Shown: positions 12,047 to 24,926 of the stretch, one piece after another
Position numbering within the stretch: the first letter of the stretch is position 1
Layout of the letters: every line of letters begins with the position of its first letter
Source: Takakia lepidozioides
Lineage: Eukaryota > Plantae > Bryophyta
NCBI GenBank assembly: GCA_030704615.1
Contig: CM060734.1
Location: forward strand, 24,676,001 to 24,740,000
Reading direction: 5' to 3'
Length of the DNA: 64,000 nt
Made by a program: the position numbers and the translations under genes
Notes under the pieces: generated by a model
What the model was told of the DNA's origin: nothing
The model's input: only the letters and a program-made list of their open reading frames with translations
The model's database searches: none

Positions 12047-15000
12047 TTGGTTATAGTGTTCCCGCTGGAATTGGGTTCTCTGCTTGTTCAAAAAGAGGTG
12101 TATGACGAGGATGGGAATTTGGATTCTGGGCACTTGGAGAAACCATTGGTTGGCGAGTGTGGAAGGAAGTGGAGAGTCCTTCCAGGCACATACCGGGTCC
12201 TTGGAAAAGAGAGAAGACAATCAGCAGGATCAGTAGTTACCCCTGGCACTGCAGCATCGGTCGTGCAGCAGAAGGGCACAGTTCATGTGAAACAAGAGGT
12301 GAGCACATCCACTACATTCGTGACTCTTTCAGACTCGTCCTCGGAGGATGTTTCTGAGATTCCTCCACCAGTGCAGACTCCATTCTTGGATGATGACGAA
12401 TTGCAGGAGATAACGAGTGTCATTCCAAAATTGAAAGCCCTCGCAGGGGTGCCTGGGTGCAAGAGCGAGCTGCGTTTTGTTGATTGGGAGTCCCTTCGTG
12501 TGCAGCGGGCTCAATACGTGCCAGCAGAGTTTGATGGGGACATCTTGTTTGAGCTCAACCCTCCCACGTCTTCCAGTGGACTAGCTGGGCTTCTGCAGGG
12601 CATGGACAAGAAACATGACGGACACCCTTGGTGCAGGACAAAAACGTCGAACATCCACAACGACATTGGATTGAAATTTCGAAGGTCAGTTTGCGTTGGG
12701 CATTGCAAGTGCGTGAATATTTCTTGCCCTCGCCTGAGAAACAACGCTAAACCAAACGAAAGTGAGTGGGAAGGTGTGCCCCTGAATCCTTTCACCCCAG
12801 GGCTTGCCCCTCTCAAGACCAATACTTTTGTGTGCAGGTTCTGCAAACTTTCCCCATCCTGTGTTTCTGTGTGTCATGCTCATATGTACCAGGTGGCACA
12901 TCGATGCATGACAATGATTCGTGCCTGCATTCATATGGGTACACACGAGCATCCTGTAGAAGTTGCAGGGATAGCGTGGACATCGCTAGAAATCTGCTGA
13001 AGCAGGAGTTTCACAATGCCCCTTGTGCAACACCTTCTGCTATAGCGCTTGCAGCTAACAAGGCATTCCTGGAAAAACACATACTGGGTGAAGGGGATGC
13101 GACACAACCAATGCTGGATGCAGATTCGCTTGATGCAGTGATGGACCATTTCTCCATGTTGAGCTCTCCCAATATTCGAAACCAAGTGAATGCACTCAGA
13201 ATGGGCACAGGCACTGCTGGATTCATGGACAACATTATGGACCTCAAACGGAGGAGCCGCTATGAATTCATTCAAAACAGTATCTTCCCTAGCCAGGGCT
13301 CGTCCAAGGTGTATTTGTTCAAGATGTCCACAGTGGGCGAAGGCAGTGGTGTGAGCATTGTCCGCCGAATGCAACCTGGAGGAGATTTGGCAAAATGTTG
13401 GTTAATGTTTGATCACTGCAAACGGGTGAAGGGTTGGACAACCATGGCGTGCCATGTATACGATCCAGCGTACCAGCGTGTGCTCTCCATAGCAATTTGT
13501 GATATGCAGTCGGAGGACACTGAATCCCAGATGCTCATGTGGAATTCGCTCCTGGCCATCATGCAGCGCAATGGAATACAGAACACAAATTTTGCGGGCT
13601 TCATGGCTGATAGTGCACAGGCAAATTTCAATGTAGTGCGGCGCGTGTTTGGTTTGGGGGATCCTAAGGTCCCAATGGAAAATAGGGAGCGCACATGCCT
13701 CTTCCAATGGAGTCAATCTCTGGCACATCATACAAAGCGCTGCATTCGCCCTGACCTTCAGTTGGAGCACAGAAGGCTCTGCCTCAGATACAAAAATGTC
13801 ACCTCAATGGGAGAAGTTGAGAGCACTTACCAAGCAATCCGGGCTTGGTGGTTCTTCTCTGGTGCTGCTATGGTATCCACCTGAAGGAGTTGGAGGACAG
13901 GTTGGTTTTCTGGCACTTCAGGTACAGACAGTGGGGAGCTTTCATGACGATGGTAAGCCTCTTCAATCCTAGAAACACAAATTTCACTTTGCATCGTGGA
14001 TTGTCACTTGCAGAACCTCTTCCATTTCCTTTCGTTCCTCACATTTTCATGCAATGCCTCCTGCAGGACATGTCCTTGGAGGACTTGGCCGACATGCCAT
14101 CCTGTAATTTGGCGGAGACTGTTCACAACGCCTGGATGCAGCAGTCTACCAAAGCAGAACGTGACTTGTATGTGGCCACTGCTGATGACATGGTGCGGGC
14201 ACTTACACAACAAACCAGGTACCGCAATTTTCAGATGGGACGGGGTGGAGGCAAGGGCCCTGATACGACTTTGTTGATGCTAAGGGCTGCGAGTAGGTCC
14301 GGAGACCCATCGAAGATGGCCAGAGCTCTGAACAGGTGCACTTAAGGCTCCCCTTTGCAATCCAGGCTCCCCCATTTGGAAGGCGAGGAAAGATTTGGAT
14401 CATGCAAAAGGAAATCGAACACTCCTCCAGGGTTGGATGGAGATTCCCATCGGCCGGACAGGGTCAATTTCTCTGTACGAAAGGTGTCTCCAGTGCAGAC
14501 TAAGTTGTGTGCCCGCCCCTTCCCAGGTGGGTCCTCCTCCAGTGGAGCAGGTACAGATCATGCAAGCACAGCAGCAGGAATCCCATTGGAGAAGGTGGTG
14601 GCCATGGTGTATGAATCTGATTGCATCTGATTGATAGTGAGTGGCATATAGAACGCACCCCACCAGGATCTAGAGTGGCTTGCATGGCAATTCGGACCCC
14701 TTCTTTCAAGAAATGCAAATCAGAAATATGCAAAGGCTCCAGGGGGACTCTAGCTCCAACATTCACAGGGTTGTTCCGACCTTATCATAGTGGGGAGTCA
14801 AAGGACCACAAGTTTTGGTTCTGCCCAGACGATATGGCACGATGCGTCAAGGGAACAGTTCGTCCTTCGGTGATAATGAAGCCCCCTCCCCCCGCAATTT
14901 GGCCTGTGAAACTTGGGAAGTCGCTGTCATCAACCGAGATAAGCATGCTGGAGGAGGGAGGGTTCTGTCTTGCACGGTCCCGGGTGGTGCCCTCATGCAC

Positions 15001-15478
15001 TGTTGGCACAGATGTGCCACATGCTCCGGCAATGCCTCCACCCGGTGCCGACTCCCACCCAACAAAAAGAGATGGAAAAACAATGCGCCGTGTCGCTTCG
15101 GGTGCAGATCACGAATGCAAGATGGAATCGGCTAGAATTTTGCAGGCTCGGATGACTCGTATCACCGAAGTCCCTGCCCCGGGGTATGGACGGATTTACA
15201 CAGTGTTGTCTATTGGCTCAGTTCTTCATGACAAAGAATATCATGTTACCGTGGGGAATTTCCCTACGTGCACTTGTCTGGATTTTGTAACGATGCGTGA
15301 GGGCGCTCTCGGCATGAGAGGGAAGTGGGTCCCCTGCAAGCATCAATAATACCTTGTAATTATGTGTTGCGACGGTAAGAGAGACCAATTCATTCACCAA
15401 GCCACACTAGGCTACGGAGAAGTCATCACCCTTCTGCAGCGGGACACCTCACGTAGGGCTCCGCCAAATTCTCTTTGA
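12047..15478 (+). mobile_element. Mutator-like (MULE) transposase pseudogene, element A: GCM/WRKY-like Zn domain + DDE + SWIM finger
   Basis: N-terminal DGHPW...C-x-G-x-C-x-C-x-N-x2-C and Cys/His motifs; catalytic MFDH, FMADSA, CLF(H>Q)W and CNLAE; C-terminal SWIM CTCLDF...PCKH. GT-AG intron 13953-14066. Several frameshifts and stops. Confidence 0.85.
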
Positions 15479-15799
15479 ACACATACGAGCCATGCCCGCT
15501 TCCCATGCTGGTTTCCAGGTTACCGTGTGAAGACTTTGCATTTAGGACAAACACACACATTTCGTTCACGGAACCAGGGCAAATGCACATGCCATTCATT
15601 GTAAGCGTCTATCTGTGAATTGAAATAAAGTGTGTCAATCATTTTGAGCTCAAATCTGCCATATTTTCATATTCCTCTTTTTTGTGCAGGCATTGCAGAC
15701 ATGGTGGCCCCCTTTGTTTTGTCCATGGTAATAGGCCCTCTTCCTGCAATCCTCGCCTATAGGACCTGCTTCTCCAACAGATTTGTGCCGCTCACGCTT

Positions 15800-15885
15800 T
15801 GCAGCTACAACGTGAGCTTAGCTCCCAGGCTCACGGGGCTGGGCTCACGCCGTAGCTACGCTGGCCACGGGCTAGGAGATTCTCC
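15800..15885 (+). repeat. Probable right terminus of MULE element A
   Basis: Clustered GTGAGC/GGCTCAC motifs ending in ...GCTAGGAGATTCTCC, resembling the MITE end at 39584-39597 (GAATAGGAGCTCTC); abuts an unrelated LINE fragment. Confidence 0.5.
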
Positions 15886-16498
15886 AGGACCAGCAGGGTC
15901 TATTGACCCAGCAGGGACTATCTCCATCCCGGGTGCAGAGGATGCCTCGAAGGGTCAAAGTCCCATTGAAGGCATTAAGCAAGGCCGAGTGCTTGTCCTC
16001 GGAACATCTGCGTACTGCTAAGACCAACACTTCCCACAATTTGCGGCCTCGAATAATTAGATCATAGTGAATGCGAGCAAGAGTGGCAAAAAGACAGGGG
16101 GATTTACCATCATATAGCCATGCACACCTTGACTTCCAGATGTGCCACAGACCTAAGGTCGTGAAATAGCTCCAGAGTTGACAAGCCACCCAAGGGACCC
16201 CGTTAGAGATATTAAGAAGAAGGACTGCCTGGTCATTGATATCAATGGCCTTCCGGGGGAGGAAGAAAGTTCGGATCCTTCTCCGGACCTGCTGAGCAAA
16301 GTAACATGTTAATAATCAATGCTCCAGAGACTCTGGAATATGAGAGGGGCACATGGAGCAAATATACAGAGGGGGCTCTTGTAAACTGTAAGCCATAGGA
16401 AGAATGCGGTGAGCAGGAATGCTATTCCGTGAGCCTAGATGCATGAGCTTGAGAGCTGTGAACTTGTATTGTGAGCATAGGCTCACGAATGGGAACAA
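15886..16498 (-). pseudogene. L1 LINE ORF2 C-terminal fragment (zf-RVT region)
   Basis: CSMC...ESLEH-x-LLTC zinc-binding motif followed by LWHIWKSRC, typical of the plant L1 ORF2 C-terminus. Confidence 0.75.
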
Positions 16499-16969
16499 CC
16501 CATATTCCCGCGGATTACACCGGAAGACCTATAACCGTGTAGCCTTACGATAGAAGAACCCCCTATTCCCGCGGACGTTTTTTGAGTGACATAAGATGTC
16601 TAACTACAACCGTGCACCTTGAGATGATTGCAGACAATTACTACGACTTACACACCATGTGATGTTATTTTCTATTTTGGCTTGCATGCCTCCAACTTCA
16701 TGTGTTATCTGCATGGAATATTTCTTTGAAGTATCTTCATTTAACATGGATTACTTGCCTAATACACGAGAAACAAAAACCATATTGTCTCTCTAAGAAT
16801 TATCCCCGGTAGAGACGTCATCCTCAATATCTCCAGTAGACACAGAAGCATCTATATCCATAAAGTCCTCAGCTCGACGAAATATCTCCATGTGATTAGA
16901 AGCACTAGCTCGAGACCCACGGAACCCAAAACCATGAAAACCTACATTTGCAGTCTCTTGCTCAATTTC

Positions 16970-17336
16970 GGTGTTCATTTCGGGTATAAGCAGGCGCATA
17001 CAGGTTTTCCTGACGAAATGAATCTCAAACAACAGTGCCCTCAGTGTGTTCATTTTGGGTATAAGCAGGCACATACATGTTTTCATGGCGAAATGAATCT
17101 CACACAACAGTGCCCTCAGTGTGTTCATTTTGGGTATAAGCAGGCACATACATGTTTTCATGGCGAAATGAATCTCACACAACAGTGCCCTCAGTATGTT
17201 CAGTTTGGATATAAGCAGACGCCTACATGTTTTCATGACAAAATGAATCTCAGACAACAGTTTCCTCAGTGTGTTCATTTTGGGTATAAGCAGGCGCATA
17301 AAGGTTTCCATAGCGAAATGAATCTCACACAACACT
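16970..17336. repeat. 75-bp minisatellite, ca. 5 copies
   Basis: CATTTTGGGTATAAGCAGGC at 17051 and 17126 (period 75); produces 25-aa repeats in ORFs on both strands. Confidence 0.92.
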
Positions 17337-18178
17337 GTTATTTATTTATTTTTAATTTAAATAAATTTACATAATAATGCCCTCATAGTTGGTATTATAT
17401 ATATATATATAATGCCAGCCGGAGCCAGCGTAAATAAGAGCCTCTTAGTAAGACAACTAAGAGCCTCTTCCCTTACATGTACTGCCCCCTTTCGGGGGTG
17501 GGCTCATACCGTACCACATATGAAAAGGACGTAGTAGGATTTGAGCCCCAAACCACTGGGGTAACACCTAAGTGTATTGTCCAACTAGAAGTTCAAAATA
17601 ATTCAAAATGGATGTAGGGTTGCGGCGTTGTGCTCAGCGATGAGTCTTGGACTTGGTTGTTTTTCTTTGTTTGTGTCATGGGATGATTCGCAGGTGCATA
17701 GCTAGGGTGCGAGATGGATACCACAGGCTTAGAAATGATTTCTAGTTCGGCCTTTCTTATGGGACCCTCTCAACCTCCCGGGAAGTACTAGCTATCGTGC
17801 CAGTTATGCCTCTACCAAATCCTTCCCCCTCATGTGATTCGACTAGCTTTGTGTTGGCTCGTTGGGCACTACTCCAGCCTTATTCACAGAGATCTCCCGA
17901 CGACAAAAGGGCTGATCAAGGGAACCCTTTTGTATATCACAGCGGCTGAACTCCCCACTGGTCATCTGTCCATGTTCTTAGTAGATGGTGGCTTCAATTT
18001 TGTATTGGGGAATAGTATCAAGCCACGATCCAGCATGGACGATCCCAAGCGGTTGCTGCTTCTTGACAGTACGAACTCCGAGGCTGCTCGAATGTTCTGC
18101 CCCCTAGCGATTACCCCCCGGGACCTACTCACACCACTTGAGTGGCTGGCAAGATTTTACGGGACTGCAGACCCTCGC

Positions 18179-18602
18179 GGGGGCGGATATGTCGTGAGCG
18201 TGAGTGGTGAGCGGCTGGTTCGGCTCATGTTCGGGTCAGGCCTGGGTCCGGGAATATTCCAGGAATATTCTGACAATATTTGCTAGAGTATCCCAATACT
18301 ACCGGCAAAGAATATCCCAAAGAATATCCGAAAATACCAGGAATATCTTATGAATATTATAAGAATATCCCAAAAATGTACGAATATACGTAGAATATAC
18401 CAAGAATATTTGAATTGGCATTGAGTGTTTGGTGCATGTTGAATATTTCTGTGGCAAATCGACAGTTCCGCGCGGATTTGTCGTGTTTTACTCACAAGTT
18501 AGGTTCGGGTTAGGTTTGGGGGTAGAATTAGGTAGAATATTCTCAAAAATTGAGCATTATTCCTCTTTTGCTCACGCTCACGCTCACCGGAAACACCGCC
18601 TC
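18179..18602. mobile_element. Non-autonomous Mutator-type MITE
   Basis: Imperfect TIRs (GGGGGCGGATATGTCGTGAGCGTGAG ... GCTCACGCTCACCGGAAACACCGCCTC); 9-bp flanking duplication GACCCTCGC (18170-18178) / GACCCTCAC (18603-18611); internal GAATAT repeats. Confidence 0.75.
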
Positions 18603-19394
18603 GACCCTCACAAGCAAGGGCAATTGGTATGGCCAGCCGCTCTTGGCTGGCACCACAATTTGGATGGCGACCTCGAGCTATGCGGTGCAGTTGCCAAATA
18701 TGGCACCCTGGTGTCCTGGTAGTGGCAGTGGCAACAAGGGCGGCCTCACCTCCGATCCCCGCCATCTCAGTGCCCTTTTATTTTTAGGGAGCACACTCAC
18801 CCCTCTTCCCAACCTTGGGTACTCCCTCCCCTCTCCCCCATAAAAAGTACCTGCATTGCATACAATGAATTATCATCACTCTCTGATGTTCAGCTGTTGT
18901 GTCAGATGGCCCCCCCAATTCAAGGGGTGTGGACTTTGCATGAGCGGTGAACATGAGCACATATAAGCATAAGCAGAGCAATTTTTAGGGAATATTCTTG
19001 GAATTTAGCCATTCCCGACCTAATTTTGACTGTTTTTCATGTAAAAAAGTGCGAGGTGCTGCATCATAATGTGGCCTAGAAGTTTGCCCACGGTTCAAAA
19101 AAAGCAAGTTCGGCAGTTACTGAACCTGCATAGTCGGCAACAATTACAGACGTGGGAGGAGAATAAGGCCGCGGGAATAGGACCGTTTGTAATAAAAAAA
19201 AAATTTTGAACACAAGTAAGATCCGAAAGACAGCGCTTCCTAGTGTTTTGGGCCGGCTAGGTTCTGTCATGCACGGCGCCGATTATGTGTTGGCTGGTTA
19301 AGGGAAGTCTGCAACGACTACAGGCACAATGTTGACAGCCACAGTATTAACAGCTCAAAATCAAGTTTGTTCTTAGTCATTTTGTCTGTTTAGG

Positions 19395-19976
19395 ATGGAC
19401 ACTACCAATGTGGATGCAGGCGGCAGTAGCCGTGCTGTGGAGGGCGACGGGGAGGACAGGCCTGCTGCCAATGTGGATGCAAGCGGCAGCAACCGTGCTG
19501 TGGAGGGTGACGGGGAGGACAGGCCTGCTTCCGAGTCATGGTGGACTCCTCATCTCGACGATATTGCCGAATGCGTTGCCAAGCAGGAATATGATGTCTT
19601 GTTTCTTATTCAGTCACAGAATGAGAACGCTCCAGCTGAAGAGGAATGCAGCACTGTTTCAGAGGAGTCAGATGCTGACAAAAACGTGGGAATGGAGGAT
19701 GAGGAAGGAGGTGACGATGAGGAGATGGAGGTTAATGAAGAGGAGGATTTGCACTGGATTGGTGTTTCCATGGACATCGTTGAAGAGTTGGCTCCAGAGT
19801 CTGTTGTGCCGGCGGAAACAAGAGCATTGGAACCATGCACGATTTGCCTGGAGACACCAGTAGCTGGAGAGTCTGTATGCATACTGAGTGAGTGCTTCCA
19901 TTCATTCCAAACTCCGTGCTTTGACACATGGGTGCAGCTCAACAGGTCATGCCCTCTCTGTCGGCGTCGGATCTGA
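19395..19976 (+). CDS. Acidic protein with a C-terminal RING-H2 finger (ATL/BTL-like E3 ligase type), one Zn ligand substituted
   Basis: CTICLE...SECFHSFQTPCFDTW...SCPLCR, with the second His ligand replaced by Gln. Intronless; 60-bp tandem duplication near the start; AG acceptor immediately before the ATG. Confidence 0.65.
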   Translation: MDTTNVDAGGSSRAVEGDGEDRPAANVDASGSNRAVEGDGEDRPASESWWTPHLDDIAECVAKQEYDVLFLIQSQNENAPAEEECSTVSEESDADKNVGMEDEEGGDDEEMEVNEEEDLHWIGVSMDIVEELAPESVVPAETRALEPCTICLETPVAGESVCILSECFHSFQTPCFDTWVQLNRSCPLCRRRI

Positions 19977-20610
19977 GACCATATAGATAGGCCAGACAAA
20001 TATGTAAAAAATAACCGGTGTCCAGGGGACACCAAGTAACCAGTATGGGGGGGGGGGGTATCTGGTAGAGATGGTACCGTGTGGCACCCAAGGGGGGCCC
20101 CAGGGGGGCACCCCATGGGTGCCCGCCAAGTATCCATATATATGTATCTAGGAGGCAAGAGCAGGGTTTGATTCGAGCTGTCGTTTGTTGGTGATGATAG
20201 TAGTGAGAGAACAGAGGGCCGTGAGGTGTATGGCTTTGAAGCATTTATGGATGGAGATGATGAGAAGATTAAAGTTATTTTGAAGTTCAGAAATGTTGGC
20301 CTTGTGGATGCCCCCTTTGGTGCCGGCAGTGATGACAATGAGGGGGCCTGTGGTCCATCCCCTCCGGCGGATAGCAAGAATGAGTGGTGCATATTTTTGG
20401 CATTTTTCGAGGACGGAGGAGCTGGGGAAGCGGTCATTGCAAAATGTGAATTCTAAAAAATGTATGGTAATGGCGGGGGACGGGGCAGGGGGTGGTGGAG
20501 CGTTGATGGAGCGTTGATGGGGAGCCCGTGGACTACGAGGATATCCGGACAGAGGCGGGAAGGGCATGTACATGATGTATGGGGGCGACATGTATAGGGG
20601 AGTAGCCACG
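19977..20610 (-). mobile_element. 3' fragment of a non-LTR retrotransposon with a restriction-like endonuclease (Dualen/RandI- or R2/NeSL-type C-terminus)
   Basis: HFLEFTFCND...EKCQKYAPLI...GW...VITAGTKGGIH matches the E-x-T...K-x2-KY...G-x-x-G pattern of REL domains. Confidence 0.7.
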
Positions 20611-22158
20611 TAGATATGTCCTTTTTCATACCTTAAGGAAATCTGGTTTTAAAACCATAAAGCTGGCTGATATGGTGAAAAAGATGGGCAGCAGATTGCT
20701 GCCAATGTTTTTATTCACATGTTCATGTTGTGAATCACGGGCAGTAGACTACTGCCACTGGCTGAAGAACACAAGTTCTTATTCATACCTTTGGAAAAAC
20801 GGTTCTAACCATAAAGTTGGCCGATATGGTGGAAAAATGTGCAGTAATTTACTGCCATCGGTTGAAGAACACCTGTAATTTATGAACTCTTGCGTGCCCA
20901 GCTATATGAATGTTTTGTCCATGTAATTTTCTCTTGACTTGGGAAGCAGAGACTGTAGTTTTTTAACCAAAGATAAAACTACATCGCACGGAGATTCTTC
21001 CTTGGTCTCTACTTCTTTACAAGAGCTTGTTGACAAGATAAGAGGTAAGACGGAAAACGCATGACTCTATATTCTTGCCAAGTTTGATTTATGCTATGCC
21101 AATGTTCACTCGTGATCTGAGGGCAGAGAGAATGTAGACCTTTTATCTTTTTTGGTATTCAAGTCCAAGGACATAACTACATTGTAGAGGGAGAGCCTTA
21201 TGAGAATGGGTCCGGTATGCACTCCCTTACGGGGTGAGTGCATACCACACTCACTCCATAAGGGACTGCCATACCAGGGGTTGGATGGTGGGCGCCCCCT
21301 CTCTCCCTCTCTCCAATTATCTGTTTGGGATTAACAATTATTTTCCTAAGCCTACCTGGTTTGGAAATACCTTCTTTCTAATCCCTAATGGAATATGTTT
21401 TGAATTTCATCCATACCGGATGAAAAATATGCCAGGTATAATCCCTAACTGGATGAATTATTGTCTCGAGCCTTACCACTAAGGATGTAGCCTGCAACGG
21501 ATTACATCCATCCTGGACGTTACCCTAACGGATGTAAACCTAAGAGGATGTAACTCTAATGAAGTGCAAAATTTCATCCCAGTGGATGAAATCGCGGGAT
21601 GGTTTGCTAACCGCCTCTCTGCCCTAAGCACGGCACGATACTCGTGCTTGTTTTCTCTGGAGGATGGCGATGGCGGCTGAGCTGAGTGCTCCAGCATCAC
21701 GATGCGCGTGCATTTTGTTTTTTCTTGCGCGATGGCGGCAGACTCTTCCATTTCCTGCACTGGCAAATGACCTACTGCCGTGTTTGCCTGCAATCTTTCT
21801 TATTCGTGAAGCAGCGGCGCTCCTAAGGTGATGGGGGAAGTATCATGCACTTTGTAAAATATGCAATTTGTCCTCAAGTATCCCCAATTTGTTGCATTCT
21901 GCTGTGATCTCTTGAGATTCAGGTGTTGAATGCCGCAGCGTCCCACTCCACAAACGATTAAAGTTCTTTGTGGTGTCGCATCTATGTTTTACTTTTGATC
22001 AATTTGCTCACTGTAGAATGCATGTTGGACATGGATAGCAACTGTGAAGACCTGCTACTCACCTCGTGCATCCTCACTGACACACATCTTGATGTGGTGG
22101 TTTTTGGGACGGGCACAGGTGAGGGTCTTCACTGGATGTGTATTTTTTCAATTTGCAG

Positions 22159-23838
22159 ATGATCAAAGGACTTGGCGATGGTGACCATGGAGGGTCTGAA
22201 GGGCAGAGCACTGAAGAAGGCGACTACCGAAGAGCCTTCCGACACCCCAGGATTTCAGAATATGGTCTCGTTGTTTGAGAGGGTGTGTGCAGACAAGGAT
22301 TGTAGGAGGGGCGGAAATGCCACCGAGTGGTCTTGCGATATGATCATCTTGGATATTCCGGACGGAGAGCCTGTGGAAGGACTTCAAGCTTTGCCATCTT
22401 GGAACAGGTACTCGGAGGACTTTTGGAAGAAAGGATTCGGGCTTGCCCGCATGGTGTTGGACGACAGAGGCTGTGTGGTTGTCCTGGCGAGCAGAGGAAA
22501 AAACACTCAGACAGGAATTGCGAAGTGGACCCGCAAGAGCGCCGTCCCGATTCTGAAAAAGAAGTGGACGTGCATCAACACACTGGGCCTTCGGTCGGAA
22601 GGGAAGAAGGTAATTACGACACTGGCACTTGTCCATTCATTTGCTTGGGTGTTTTCAAATGCGGTGCCGCATTCGGTTTCTAATCGTTCCCCCCTGTGTA
22701 TGCAGACGAAGCGGTTTGATGCATACTGCTTTGTGAAGGAGAACTCCACCTTTGCTTTCCGGAAGGAGGGAGGAAAGGTTGACCCGAACTGCGACCCCCT
22801 CGATTACGACGTTCTGTTCAACAACGTTCCCAAGGAACTTCTCCCTCATAGCCTCACTTCAACGGAACCCCTGCGGTACTCACGGACTCGGAGCCCTGCC
22901 TTCATTCAGACAATTATGGAGACATGCACAGACGTGGAGGGCACAGTGCTGGACCTCATCTGTGGGACAGGTATGCAGAATCTTGTTCTATGCTGTTCTG
23001 CAAATTCTCGTTAGGATGTAGTTTGCAACATCTGAAGCGCCATGTTGTAATGTGTGGATGGCATTGTAACAGGTGCCTCAATGTGGGCTGGGCGGTTTTC
23101 CGACCGGCACCTCTTTGCCTACGAGGAGGACTCATCCGTGTGGGGATCCCATCTGGAAGGGCTGCAACGGAATGTTAAGGCTCCCAACAGAGCGGAAGTC
23201 TCCTCGGATTCGTCGGAGTCCGAGGAAGACACAATGGACATTGATGCGGAGGAGAACCCGGAATACGAGTGAGTGCAAACATTGTAAGTTTGCAAAGCCT
23301 TCTGGGTCATTTTTGTCAAACGAATTTCCGGACTGTGGTTCTCATTAGTCTCGTTGATGATTGTCATGTGCAGGATTGCAGGGTCCGGGTCGAAACATGT
23401 AGGGCCTACACTTCCTGCCAGGAAGAATGTCCCGTTCTTTGCGAGGGCCGACTTCATGACGAGCCCGGTGAGGGACTACTCCCTTCCTAGTTATGCAGCT
23501 AAACTCGCAAATACAGCGATTAGAAGAAGTGAGAATCCCAGTAAAGTAGAGCAGATTTTGGAGAGGGCTAGGGAGGACAGAATGATAAGGAAAGAGTTGG
23601 CAGCAGCTCAGACAGGTAGACGGGTACGAAAGTACATATGTGATTCAGCGGATGAGAACGACGCAGACAGGGAGGAAGACCAACGGAGGTGAGATGGACA
23701 GTTCCGCAAGGGGAAGATGGGATTTTCGAAAGCCTGGCCAACGAGCAGTCCGCTGGAGATGAGAAAGGCAATGAGGGAATGGAGGCGGAGCAGGACAGTC
23801 TAGAACAGGATGAGGATTCGGATGATTTTCAAGATTAA
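22159..23838 (+). pseudogene. Intron-containing beta-class N4-cytosine/N6-adenine DNA methyltransferase-like gene (N6_N4_Mtase fold) with an acidic C-terminal tail
   Basis: Spliced translation gives motif IV CDMIILDIPD (22352-22363 = DIPD), motif V-VI LARMVLDDRGCVVV, motif VIII KRFDAYCFVK, motif X RTRSPAFIQTIMETCT, and motif I-II GTVLDLICGT|GASMWAGRFSDRHLFAYEED. GT-AG introns at 22610-22705, 22971-23072 and ca. 23269-23372. In-frame TGA at 22160-22162 and a late frameshift. Confidence 0.75.
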
Positions 23839-23974
23839 TAGAATTTTAATGAAGTCTCTGTAAATGTAAATTCTCTTCCAGAGTATATAAAGGAAATTCT
23901 CCCCGACATTCGTGACCCCTCTCCAGTGTGCATTCCAGCCACACAATCGCCCAAACCACGACGCTCCCAAAATC

Positions 23975-24690
23975 AGAAATGGGACACCGCATTTCCATGT
24001 ACGACCAAAATTTTGGCAACTCTAAAAACCTCTTTTGGAAATGCGGCACCGCATTTCCAAAACAGGGGAGGGACTAAATTTTCCATTTCATTGTTGGCAT
24101 AGTAAAAAGTAATCGGCCGATTGGAAATGTGGTGCCGCATTTCCAAAATTTCCTTTGTCCACACGCCAGTTTTGGCCTCTCCCGCTCATTTCATGGATGC
24201 CACCACGCTTACAGAGGTCGAACAAGGAGGTCGAACAAGGAGGTCGAAATGGCGGAATTGGAAATGCGGTGCCGCATTTCCATATTGGGGATGGTCGTTG
24301 TTCGAACTGCAGGCCCATCAGCAAAAATTGGCACCGCATTCCATTGTCAAAAAAAAGTCGATGACGGACATGGAAATGCGGCGCCGCATTTCCAGAACGG
24401 ACATTGCAATTTGTCCATTTGCAGACCCTCTCACGGAAATGCGGCAACGCATTCCATCGCGCTGGTCGGAAATGTCACACTTTTCGAAGTGTTGGACGGA
24501 AATGCGGCACCGCATTCCCTTGTCCAAAAAGAAGTTTCCATTGCCAAGCTGGAAATGCGTCGCCGCATTTGCAATGCCAACCTCGTTGTCTGTCCAATTT
24601 ATAGACCCGTGTTGGTATTTCGTGTACATGGACGGAAATGATGCACCGCATTCCAATGACCGACATGGAAATGTTGTGCCGCCTTCCATT
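23975..24690. repeat. Array of dispersed palindromes GGAAATGCGGCGCCGCATTTCC (over 10 copies, irregular spacing)
   Basis: Copies at e.g. 24037, 24123, 24260, 24372, 24497 and 24551; a further variant at ca. 25792. Confidence 0.92.
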
Positions 24691-24926
24691 GTTTCATACG
24701 ACAATGCTAATGAGTCTCATACCGGTTACTGTGGTATATTCATCCGGACAGACACATTGTAGAAATGAGACATCAAATTGTAAACAGTGGGCCAATTCCG
24801 ACAGTTATTCAACACAATGAAACACAATCACACAGAAGTGAGGTACGATGGGTTTATTGATCGGACACGATGTCTCACATTTACCAACTGCAGACAAAAC
24901 TAAGCCTTCCTCCTTCTACATGGGCT

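Noticed and set aside
16793-17374. 25-aa repeat proteins on both strands
   Set aside because: Explained by a 75-bp minisatellite whose unit is a multiple of three; no independent coding evidence.
21200-21250. Hairpin (also a similar one near 17480) as a Helitron end or hammerhead ribozyme
   Set aside because: No CTRR terminus at the expected spacing and no CUGANGA/GAAA core seen.
22159-23838. Bacterial contamination or a restriction-modification operon
   Set aside because: The MTase-like gene has GT-AG introns, is embedded in plant transposons, and has no recognisable restriction endonuclease partner.
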